Positions 56,801 through 64,000 of a stretch of 64,000 bases of DNA are shown here, one piece after another. How positions within the stretch are numbered: position 1 is the stretch's first letter; each line of letters opens with the position of its first letter. The DNA comes from Balanoglossus misakiensis (taxonomy: Eukaryota > Animalia > Hemichordata): the NCBI GenBank assembly GCA_040954595.2, contig CM082591.2, positions 11,487,309-11,551,308 of the forward strand, in the 5' to 3' direction. A model generated the notes under the pieces. It saw only the letters and a list, made by a program, of their open reading frames with translations. It was not told where the DNA came from and ran no database searches. Made by a program: the position numbers and the translations under genes.

Positions 56801-59270
56801 AGCGTGTTCCCACATCCTGGTATGCTTTTATATTACGCACTGGTTTCAAAGCTTTAAGACTCACAGGCGGTACCGTAGTAGCGCTTATACTTATAGGATG
56901 AATGTGCAAAAACTGGAAAAGTGTGGATTTTCTCGGATCTTCCATTCATTTGATGTGGAACAACAAATGGGACAAGTTGGCGAAATGTGTTGTTGATTTT
57001 CAATCGCACCATGAAGCCTATTTGAACCTAATTTGCATAAATGTCCGAGGGGGTCGTTCTGGCACTTTGACTCATTTTTACCCCATTGTTTTGTCTTTTT
57101 GTAAAGAATAATTATTTTTTCCTGGTCGAACCGAAGGATTGATTACGGTAATCACCATAGCACCACAAACATGATGGCCATAAATATACAGGCAAACCAA
57201 AATCACCAGATATTTTGAATTATATTATACCAGTATATTGATGGTGTAAATCACGCTATTTGATTGGTCGAGACACGACACGTGACCGTGATATATTAGC
57301 CATATACCACAGTCATATATCATAGTTAAAGAAAATGCCTTTTTAAAACGTTTTATGCAAAGTTTCAATATACTGGCATAATATAATAGCAATAAAACAC
57401 CCCCAGCCATGGTATACCACTCGATTTTGACCAGTTCACGACATATACGCACGAGCGATAGCGAGTTCGTATATGGAGTGCAACTTTGCTTAACTAAAAC
57501 ATTATATGCCAACGGATAATTTCAAAGGTGTCACGTTACACAACTAAGTGGAACATATGAAACACAAGTAATTTTTGTAAATGCTGAAAGCTTGACAGCA
57601 CATCTTACCTTTTCTTGGGGAAGAGAAAAATCCATTTTGAGATTTGGAAAAATTTGAGGATGAATCATGTTCAGTTTAGTTTGCAGTATCTTAGACTTGA
57701 CCAGACCATGGCTTTCAGCGTCTTCATTCATTATCATGTGATCTGTTGTTTTGCCAAACCTGTGTTTATTATAGAAATAAACATACGAAGAAAAAAGAAC
57801 ACACTTGCAAGGAAATTGAATACCTTTGTATGCTAGAATTCGACAAAAAATGAGATTATACAAGTTGGTATAATGAGATCCATCCAAGGTAGTGTGCCCT
57901 CTAAAAACATACTTTTTAAAAGCTTTGAGTCAATTTGAGGATTTCTAAACATTTGTCTAGTCAGCCCTATACCTTTGCATGTAATGTGGATAATTTTCTT
58001 GAGTCGCCAGTGAGTTTGTTGAGTCAGTGGCGCAACATATGGTATTAGAGGGCACACTGGGACTCCAAGGGAAAACATTGTCAATCTATTAATCCTGAAA
58101 ATCTGCCCACTACTCTTTACAACAGATAACATAACATCTGTGCAACAACACAATGTTCTTATTCATTTTGTCATTTATTTTACAGAATTTTCCTGTAGTT
58201 TGTATTTTATATGCATTCATTATGGCACATAATCAAGGCCAAAAATAACACCTCACTTTTTGAGTGAAACGCATTCGTTTTGAGGCAACACATTTGATTT
58301 GAAGGTCGATACTTGAATCGGAGAACACCACATTCGTTTTGAGCTGTGTTCTCCGATTCAAAAGTGTCGACCTTCAAAGCCAATGCGGGGGAGTCCGATT
58401 CAAATGCGTGTCAGCTCAAAGCGAATGCGGTGTTCTCCGATTCAAAAGTGTCGACCTTCAAAGCGAATGCGGTGTTCTCCGATTCAAAAGTGTCGACCTT
58501 CAAAGCCAATGCGGGGGAGTCCGATTCAAATGCGTGTCAGCTCAAAGCGAATGCGGTGTTCTCCAATTCAAAAGTGTCGACCTTCAAGCCAATGCGGGGG
58601 AGTCCGATTCAAATGCGTGTCAGCTCAAAGCGAATGCGGTGTTCTCTGATTCAAAAGTGTCAACCTTCAAAGCCAATGCGGGGGAGTCCGATTCAAATGC
58701 GTGTCAGCTCAAAGCGAATGCTGTGTTCTCCGATTCAAAAGTGTCGACCTTCAAAGCGAATGCGGTGTTCTCCGATTCAAAAGTGTCGACCTTCAAAGCC
58801 AATGCAGGGGAGTCCGATTCAAATGCGTGTCAGCTCAAAGCGAATGCGGTGTTCTCCGATTCAAAAGTGTCGACCTTCAAAGCCAATGCGGGGGAGTCCG
58901 ATTCAAATGCGTCTCAGCTCAAAACGAATGCGGTGTTCTCCGATTCAAAAGTGTCGACCTTCAAATCAAATGTGTTGCCTCAAAACAAATGCGTTTCACT
59001 CAAAAAGTGAGGTGTTAATTTTGGCCTCGATTACACGCCATACATTCATTCTGTTACAACAATGTGATCAGCGTTTTATGTTTTGTAATACATTCACTGA
59101 TTCAGCTTACCTAGACATCCATGTTTGATATCGGATAGAATTGAACACATCACTTGGTGTTATATGTACCATCAATGTCACAACATTTTCAGCATCATCT
59201 TGTTGAAATTCATTCAATTCTGATAAATTCTCTAAACTCTCCATGTAGTCTTCAGATGGACACTCCAACA
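17736..59270 (-). CDS. ELAC2: tRNase Z long form (ELAC2-like), 12 coding exons, 5' part not found in window
   Basis: Exons 59111-59270, 57609-57759, 34592-34671, 32650-33054, 29726-29864, 25994-26032, 25602-25711, 24073-24160, 23633-23753, 21376-21454, 19927-20077, 17736-17870; GT-AG introns; phases join into one open frame ending TGA; motifs [44 protein letters not shown]. Confidence 0.95.
19927..20077 (-). CDS. ELAC2: ELAC2 exon (motif V)
   Basis: [30 protein letters not shown]; donor gtatgt. Confidence 0.95.
20429..20842. mobile_element. MITE with TAG...CTA ends (Academ-like)
   Basis: TIR tagcctggagaccagggcg / cgccctggtctccgggcta; flanks share only agta, so the TSD is not intact. Confidence 0.65.
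21376..21454 (-). CDS. ELAC2: ELAC2 exon (HEAT/HST region)
   Basis: [26 protein letters not shown]. Confidence 0.95.
21506..22420. mobile_element. Tc1/mariner-type MITE, intact copy
   Basis: TA|ccgtaatcgttccttcggttcgacc ... ggtcgaaccgaaggcacaattacgg|TA; two more copies in window. Confidence 0.9.
23633..23753 (-). CDS. ELAC2: ELAC2 exon (motifs III and IV)
   Basis: [41 protein letters not shown]; donor gtaagt. Confidence 0.95.
24073..24160 (-). CDS. ELAC2: ELAC2 exon
   Basis: [29 protein letters not shown]; phases fit neighbouring exons. Confidence 0.8.
24667..25550. mobile_element. Truncated inverted copy of the mariner-type MITE with a ~130-bp internal duplication
   Basis: Reverse complement of 21506-~22165; 24667-24798 repeats ~25090-25220. 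Confidence 0.85.
25420..25516. mobile_element. 97-bp mini Harbinger-type element (same TIRs as 4489-5440)
   Basis: TAA TSD; the empty site is visible in the paralogous MITE near 21535. Confidence 0.88.
25602..25711 (-). CDS. ELAC2: ELAC2 exon
   Basis: [36 protein letters not shown]. Confidence 0.85.
25994..26032 (-). CDS. ELAC2: ELAC2 39-bp exon
   Basis: [13 protein letters not shown] continues HADHHM-GL; tgtag acceptor and gtaagt donor. Confidence 0.85.
26143..26400 (+). mobile_element. Helentron/DINE-1-like fragment
   Basis: T-run + agctc..gagct hairpin followed by a gtcc/gtct microsatellite. Confidence 0.45.
27343..29192 (+). mobile_element. Helentron-type non-autonomous element with tandemly repeated 5' end
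   Basis: 5' hairpin agggcacaagcc..ggcttgtgccct x6 (27399-27730); 3' end tgcttgggcccc..tgctgcttgcagctttaatt. Confidence 0.65.
29726..29864 (-). CDS. ELAC2: ELAC2 exon (motif I and His motif II)
   Basis: [31 protein letters not shown]. Confidence 0.97.
30540..31852 (-). mobile_element. Related Helentron-type element in opposite orientation
   Basis: attaaagctgcaagcagca..gggcccaagc at left; (aaag)n and hairpin agggcccaag..cttgggccct at right; internal diverged repeats ~30690-31190. Confidence 0.65.
32310..32610 (-). mobile_element. tRNA-derived SINE (degraded)
   Basis: Minus strand: B-box ggttcaagccc, then gtgtccttgagcatggcac..aaatgggtacctgg core, then (tta)n tail. Confidence 0.6.
32650..33054 (-). 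CDS. ELAC2: ELAC2 405-bp exon (long S/T-rich linker + FLGTGS / PxKxRN loop)
   Basis: ..[29 protein letters not shown]. Confidence 0.92.
33382..33873. mobile_element. TTAA-flanked MITE (Kolobok-type), older
   Basis: ttaa|aggcac ... gtgcct|ttaa; only a short TIR match. Confidence 0.5.
34592..34671 (-). CDS. ELAC2: ELAC2 exon
   Basis: [27 protein letters not shown]. Confidence 0.9.
35975..36401. mobile_element. 427-bp MITE, TAG...CTA ends, ~125-bp TIRs, 9-bp TSD (AcademH-like), inside an LTR
   Basis: gattgcacc duplicated at 35966-35974 and 36402-36410; the other LTR shows the empty site. Confidence 0.92.
36801..37393. mobile_element. TTAA-specific MITE (Kolobok-type), copy 2
   Basis: Inverted copy of 14580-15171; inserted in a TTAA whose empty site is seen near 11585. 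Confidence 0.92.
37425..37707 (+). mobile_element. Short L2-type LINE/SINE 3' end with (gatt)n tail
   Basis: aagcgcctttgag..ggcgttatacaaat..(tgat)n; absent from gypsy copy 1, and ~16 bp of target is lost. Confidence 0.6.
37434..37575 (+). mobile_element. Solo LTR of gypsy family C
   Basis: 142 bp, TG...CA, TSD GTTGT, about 7 mismatches to the LTRs at 41367 and 48214. Confidence 0.92.
40489..41366 (+). CDS. Gypsy B gag
   Basis: Two CCHC knuckles ([18 protein letters not shown]); ORF beyond 41366 is read-through into the inserted LTR. Confidence 0.88.
42476..43308. mobile_element. hAT-like MITE with 6-bp TSD
   Basis: 13-bp TIR cagggttttacat / atgtaaaaccctg; cttaac duplicated; removal restores integrase IDELRLIF. 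Confidence 0.8.
45002..46276. mobile_element. Foldback (Mutator-like) element with minisatellite arms, 9-bp TSD
   Basis: Arms 45002-~45560 and ~45845-46276 built of ctgaagtctgtgacttattccttattc units; gattaatac duplicated; removal restores DYKVSINPVV. Confidence 0.85.
48361..51468 (+). pseudogene. Gypsy B pol with stops and a frameshift
   Basis: IDSGA protease, [14 protein letters not shown] RNase H, SDNGPQF integrase; lesions near 48472, 50305 and 50551. Confidence 0.9.
57221..57510. mobile_element. Putative Crypton-type non-autonomous element (degraded)
   Basis: Inverted repeat 57221-57241 / 57365-57385, followed by a hairpin with GA-gc-gata-gc-GA apex (57453-57464). Confidence 0.45.
57609..57759 (-). 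CDS. ELAC2: ELAC2 exon
   Basis: [31 protein letters not shown]. Confidence 0.93.
58221..59042. mobile_element. TIR element (TATGG ends, IS3EU-like) carrying a 42/84-bp tandem array
   Basis: TIR >100 bp; cattcat on both flanks (58214-58220, 59043-59049); array ~58345-58965. Confidence 0.8.
59111..59270 (-). CDS. ELAC2: ELAC2 most 5' exon found in window
   Basis: [36 protein letters not shown]. Confidence 0.92.
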
Positions 59271-59462
59271 CTGCAACAAATATATCACAAAAACAGAGAT
59301 AAGGTTAAAGATTGTCCAGAGCCCAGCTGATTTTTACCCAATAGATCTTTTTTATGGGTGAATTAAATCACTGAAATGTCTGGCATAAGTAGGAAGCTTT
59401 GAGGTTTGTCAAATTATCTTGGCATTCAGTATTTTCTTGTCATCTTATACAATTTGTATACA

Positions 59463-59615
59463 TAGACAAAGGAAATGGTTATCGATCTCAGGAAAAAACC
59501 AACACTCGGCAACAGACTTATTCCCAGTCTTTTGAAAGATGACAATGCGGTTGAAAGGGTGGCCACATACAACAAATATTTAGGTACGACCTCAGACAAC
59601 AATCTCAATTGATCA
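59463..59615 (+). pseudogene. LINE RT C-terminal relic (L2/Rex1-like)
   Basis: TKEMVIDLRKK..VERVATY..KYLGT..DNNLN. Confidence 0.6.
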
Positions 59616-60130
59616 GTTGAGAAACTGGGTAGTGAATTTGCATATTTTGTCATCACCGGAGCCTCGCTTTCGAACACGCGGGAGCTGCAGACATGGCGTT
59701 CGCAACCCTCGCCATTGTCATGTAAACACATTTTTAGAAGTGGTTTATCTCAGTTAAAAACCCCGAAAGAAAAAGAAAAATCAACTTTTCTGAGGTATTA
59801 TAAAGTAATTATTGGGATAACGAAAAAACCGCCATTTTTAGCGTCATTTTCTTGCAATTCACGACCTATCTCGGCACCAGTCATTACGGTGATTTACCAC
59901 GCTACGACGGGCCAACTTTCAGCGAACGGGTAAGGGGTCAAGGAGGTCGTGAGACATCACGATATTTCAATCACATGATTTGGAAAGTTCAAAGGTACTC
60001 CAGTCCAAATATGGGAGTAGTGCCGCCTTGCAAATGCAAACGATGCAGTGTTGACTGATCCAGGTCACTTACTTCCGGGTTTTGATGTTGCGCGCGATGT
60101 GTTAGGTCTGTAAGTTACCGGCGTTAAAGT

Positions 60131-61000
60131 CACAGGTGCGCAAGACGATCGCTTCGCGATGGGGCTTCAGTAACCGTAATAGAAAGAGAAGGTACGCAAC
60201 GCCAGGCCAGGACAGGCCAGGATACTGACGAGAGCAAAATGTTCAAGCGGCGATTTCGCTGCGAAAATTTCATTAAAACTTACCGAAATGCGGCGGGTAG
60301 AAGCTAACAAGTATATGTTTTGTGATCCATAGCAAAAACAAGCTCAATTTAAAGGCAAACTGCTCGAAATGTGGAGGTTTCAAGCGGGGTTCGAGCGACA
60401 CTTTCAAAAATAGACATTGTCGATGTAAGTATGGCCGCAGTCACTGAGGTTAGAGGTCAACTAATCGTGCCCTGGCTCCTGATTCCAAAAGAATCAGTTT
60501 GAGTAACTACTAAATAACAACAAAGAAATGCAAGAGTTATATTTACAAGTGATTGTAGGCGGTCATCGTCAACAACGGTCCACATTCAAATAAAAGTAAA
60601 CCGTATTTATGGTTTACCCGCTGAAATTCACTGAGGCTCTCGACCAATCAGGAGCCAGGGCACGATTAGTTGACCTCTAACCTCAGTGACCGCGGCCATA
60701 CTTACATCAGCAATGTCTATTTTTGAAAGTGTCGCGCGAACCCTGCTTGAAACCTCCACATTTCGAGCAGTTTGCCTTTAAATTGAGCTTTTTTTTTGCT
60801 ATGGATCACAAAACATATACTTGTTAGCTTCTACCCGCCGCATTTCGGTAAGTTTTAATGAAATTTTCGCAGCGAAATCGCCGCTTGAACATTTTGCTCT
60901 CATCAGTATCCTGGCCTGACCTGGCCTGGCGTTGCGTACCTTCTCTTTCTATTACAGTTACTGAAGCCCCATCGCGAAGCGATCGTCTTGCGCACCTGTG
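60131..61000. mobile_element. MITE with ~355-bp TIRs, CACAGG ends, 8-bp TSD (P-element-like)
   Basis: Arms 60131-60484 and 60646-61000; gttaaagt duplicated. Confidence 0.9.
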
Positions 61001-61107
61001 GTTAAAGTGAGCTTCGCGCAAGCTGCCCGGCCGCGAACCACACGACGTGGACAAAAGCCCAACCTGCACGACCCAGTCCACCAGGGCTACAATTATTGCG
61101 TCTACGG

Positions 61108-61900
61108 TTATGCGAAATACTGACTCTCCTTGCAAGTCACCGCGTATGTTGCATAAAACATACACGTAAAACAACACGCTCTTGAACATTCTGCATATTT
61201 TCCACAGAATCCCACAGTATATTTATTTTCCCATTTTCCACATAAGGAGGAAGTGTAATGTGGTGTCAGTGAGCTTGTGACCAATAACATGGGTTCTCCA
61301 ACAACCAGATTGTCCCCAACATGCATTGCTGTTTTGATTAAAATTATTTCATCCAGCTCAGCCTCTGGATTAAAATTATCAAGTTTTTCTTGGAGTTTAC
61401 AAATAATGTTTGATAACCCTGTGTCACTTGAGTGACAATTTTTTTCTTTTAATTTTTCTATTGTGCGGTACAAAGACATGTAGCACTTTTTACACAGTGT
61501 GCTAGTTTCATCCAGTTTTAATCCAGGATAGTCCCAATGTTCAGTAAAGTGCTCCATTAGTAACTCTGGATTGTAGGGATATTTTAGAGTAGAAGAGGTC
61601 AAGCGTTTATGACAATCTGGGATGCAGCAATTTTGGATTTGTCTTTGGGTCCACTGCATATAGTGAGCTGCAAATAAGTCTACATCATCTGGCAAGTCGG
61701 CACTCTCATATTGCCTATGAAAATTAAACATGACTAGAAATCTGGTTTTTCATTCACCCTGGTTTTGTGGCAAGAGACATTTCCACAAATGTGACACGTT
61801 TTGTCTTTTTGATGAGGTGCCTGTTTGGTACTACCCTGGGCTTGTGCTTTCAAGCTTTTTCTACACATATTCTGCAGCTATTGCATAGACAACCAGATGG
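61108..61900 (-). pseudogene. Cys-rich ORF remnant of unknown, probably transposon, origin
   Basis: CCIPDC..LCKKCY in a 207-aa ORF; further C/H motifs upstream in other frames; cut off at the Crypton end. Confidence 0.35.
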
Positions 61901-61910
61901 AGATTAATAG

Positions 61911-62006
61911 AATCTCACACTCCCAAGGACCTGGGATCGTATTTCTCACACGAGTTTATCGACGAGTGTGAGAAATACGATCCCAGGTCCTTGGGAGTGT
62001 GAGATT
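61911..62006. repeat. Perfect 41-bp inverted repeat (14-nt loop) at the probable Crypton end
   Basis: aatctcacac..tctcacac | gagtttatcgacga | gtgtgaga..gtgtgagatt. Confidence 0.95.
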
Positions 62007-62360
62007 ATTTTTCTCACACGACCAGAAATTTGCGATATTAACGTTTTTATTTCCAATCGAAGAACAAAATCAATAAAATACCCACTGATCACTGCATAAA
62101 CGCTCATATATTGATCCGCCCCGCAAAACATAGTCCCCATTTCAACACAAGTTAACACCCATTCTACAAAATGTACTCAACACATAAAATAGGTTAATAA
62201 ATATTTTAATTAACAATAACGTGTGCATCAAATAGATCGATGTCCATTGTACACTGAAAAGCAACCTGTGTCATTTCTCGAAATCGAAATTCTCAGAATA
62301 GATCGAGATAACAATAACAAAGTCAACAGTCACATTGTACTAAATGTACATGTAGGTATA

Positions 62361-63911
62361 CTACTGACTATTTTCACTTTCTGTGTCGGAATAAATCACA
62401 CACCTTCGTTTGCGTGGGGGTTCCTGAATGTTACAGGTAATATTGAATGTACCACCGGTTATAGTACATTTATCGAATAATGAAGAAGAGGTGGCAACGT
62501 GAGAACTTGAGGAATTTTGTGTACATGACGTGGATATCTCGCTTGAACGGGATTGTTGAAGAGTCATGTAGGGTAATGCTGACGACGAGGGCTGAACTAC
62601 GCTGCTCGGGGGTTCACAACGAGATGTGTCTGTCAATATATGTGACATGGCATATTGCTGTTTGTCAGACAACTTGCTGTAGTTATTGACTGACTGCACG
62701 TTTCTATGGGCACTTTTCTGCATTATATGCGTTGGTGGCACGTTGTTGTCGTTCAGTTTCTGGAGCAAGTATTTCCTGGCACTTGTATTGGTGATGCGTT
62801 TTCCGCGACCAGATAATCCACTCTCTTCGGCCATGTTTTTCATTATTTGGGCAATCGTATTCGGGCCCATTGCTTGACGCTTGAACCAAACTATATCAGA
62901 CGGCTTGGAATTTGTCCTGATGGCTAAGTAGAATGGAGTGTCTGGGCCCAGAAAATCAGCGGGTCGCTTTGATGCGTACAACTTGTAAAGAGAAACGGGG
63001 CATTTGTTTTTGTCATTGACGAACGAATACATTTGTGGCTTTACAGGGCGGACATCGCTCACATTTTCGCCAGTTCTAGTCTTAGTCTGGTGCTCAGTTG
63101 TCATTTCAATGAATTCTCTGCCATCAGCATCTCGTTTAAGTTTAACATCGCCCCAACACAACGACCTATGTTCTTTAACTGCCCTCATTCCAAAATGCAA
63201 CATGTTGTTAAGCCAAAGAGTATTTATGACCGAATGAGGTGTATGGCCGCCGAGTTGCCCATCAGCATACAGCTTATTTACATCGTCATCAGTCAGGGTA
63301 TCAGCTTTGAATGGTAGATTCCCCTTACCGTGTTTTCGGAGGTTTTTCGGTTTCGCTTTCAATTTTTCTCGTGAAGAGAAAAAATCGACACTTGTCACCA
63401 ACGATACTCCATATTTGGCCCAGCGGAGATGTCTTTCTAAACTACTAAACATCCCTTGTAGAGAGGATGGTTCGTAGTCAGAACCATCCTCCTTCCGAAC
63501 AACACACAGAAAATTTCCAACGAAGGGGTCGAGCTCGCTCGGCGGAATATCAGAAATGTCGCGATGTTCGCCAAGTTCGGTCAGGTACTGTTTGAATAGC
63601 GTTACATGATATTTAGTCTTTCGTACCGTGTCACTATTCTGCTGATCGTCTACGAAATGGTCAATATCGGTAGACGACAATGCAGCAAATCTAGAATGTT
63701 TCGGGGTCGACGAACCTTCAGCTAATGGTACGGGCGGTGCCGCATCTGGCTCGAACTCAGCGGCGAGCTTCACTGCTGAAACCTCAACTTCAGCTCCAGA
63801 CAAGACATCCATCAGGACAAACTGGCGATATGTTCCCAATGGCCTAATTACGCGGGATATCTGGAAAATACGGCCGTTTTTCGCGAGTCTGTCACCAACC
63901 ACGTACACCAT
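62361..63911 (-). CDS. Crypton-type tyrosine recombinase (DUF3504), intronless, 516 aa from the likely ATG
   Basis: VRKEDGSDYEPSSL, HFGMRAVKEH, TKTRTG, CPVSLYKLYASKRP, TNTSAR, HRNVQSVNNY. Confidence 0.88.
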   Translation of the reverse strand: MVYVVGDRLAKNGRIFQISRVIRPLGTYRQFVLMDVLSGAEVEVSAVKLAAEFEPDAAPPVPLAEGSSTPKHSRFAALSSTDIDHFVDDQQNSDTVRKTKYHVTLFKQYLTELGEHRDISDIPPSELDPFVGNFLCVVRKEDGSDYEPSSLQGMFSSLERHLRWAKYGVSLVTSVDFFSSREKLKAKPKNLRKHGKGNLPFKADTLTDDDVNKLYADGQLGGHTPHSVINTLWLNNMLHFGMRAVKEHRSLCWGDVKLKRDADGREFIEMTTEHQTKTRTGENVSDVRPVKPQMYSFVNDKNKCPVSLYKLYASKRPADFLGPDTPFYLAIRTNSKPSDIVWFKRQAMGPNTIAQIMKNMAEESGLSGRGKRITNTSARKYLLQKLNDNNVPPTHIMQKSAHRNVQSVNNYSKLSDKQQYAMSHILTDTSRCEPPSSVVQPSSSALPYMTLQQSRSSEISTSCTQNSSSSHVATSSSLFDKCTITGGTFNITCNIQEPPRKRRCVIYSDTESENSQ

Positions 63912-64000
63912 TATCCGAAGGTAACACAAATTGCACAACTGTCGTCTGCACATGACCTGATCACATTGTAGTTCCGGTTCGTGTATAACACGTCACACAA

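Larger units (their letters stand above)
34849..57148. mobile_element. Mariner-type MITE copy 3, split (34849-35132 + 56490-57148); outermost shell of the nest
   Basis: Both halves align to 21506-22420; TA flanks; TIRs ccgtaatcaatccttcggttcgacc. Confidence 0.92.

Noticed and set aside
58339-59128. 223- and 260-aa repeat ORFs
   Set aside because: Translation of the 42-bp array inside a TIR element

Overview
Eukaryotic (metazoan, probably marine invertebrate; the taxon is inference) repeat-rich DNA, not prokaryotic. One host gene is visible: the 3' 12 coding exons (about 551 aa, minus strand, 17736-59270) of ELAC2/tRNase Z-L. All introns are GT-AG with consistent phases, and the 5' exons were not found in the window. 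The rest is a 132-bp satellite (1-1962) and many mobile elements whose ends, target-site duplications (TSDs) and empty sites can be read directly. These include three Ty3/gypsy families, a Ngaro/DIRS tyrosine-recombinase (YR) retroelement, RTEX/CR1/L2-type LINE pieces, a tRNA-type SINE, Harbinger-, mariner-, Kolobok-, P-, hAT-, Academ-, Mutator/foldback- and Helentron-type non-autonomous elements, and an intact Crypton YR ORF. Most notable: (i) a seven-level nest of TEs fills 22.3 kb of a 22.9-kb ELAC2 intron; (ii) the Crypton end and three sequence-dissimilar short elements share a long hairpin capped by GA-stem-loop-GA, suggesting a folded single-strand recombination site; (iii) one gypsy family has TG...CT instead of TG...CA LTR ends in two independent insertions; (iv) the ELAC2 PxKxRN and HEAT motifs are altered. 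Family names rest on motif, terminus and TSD recognition, not database searches.
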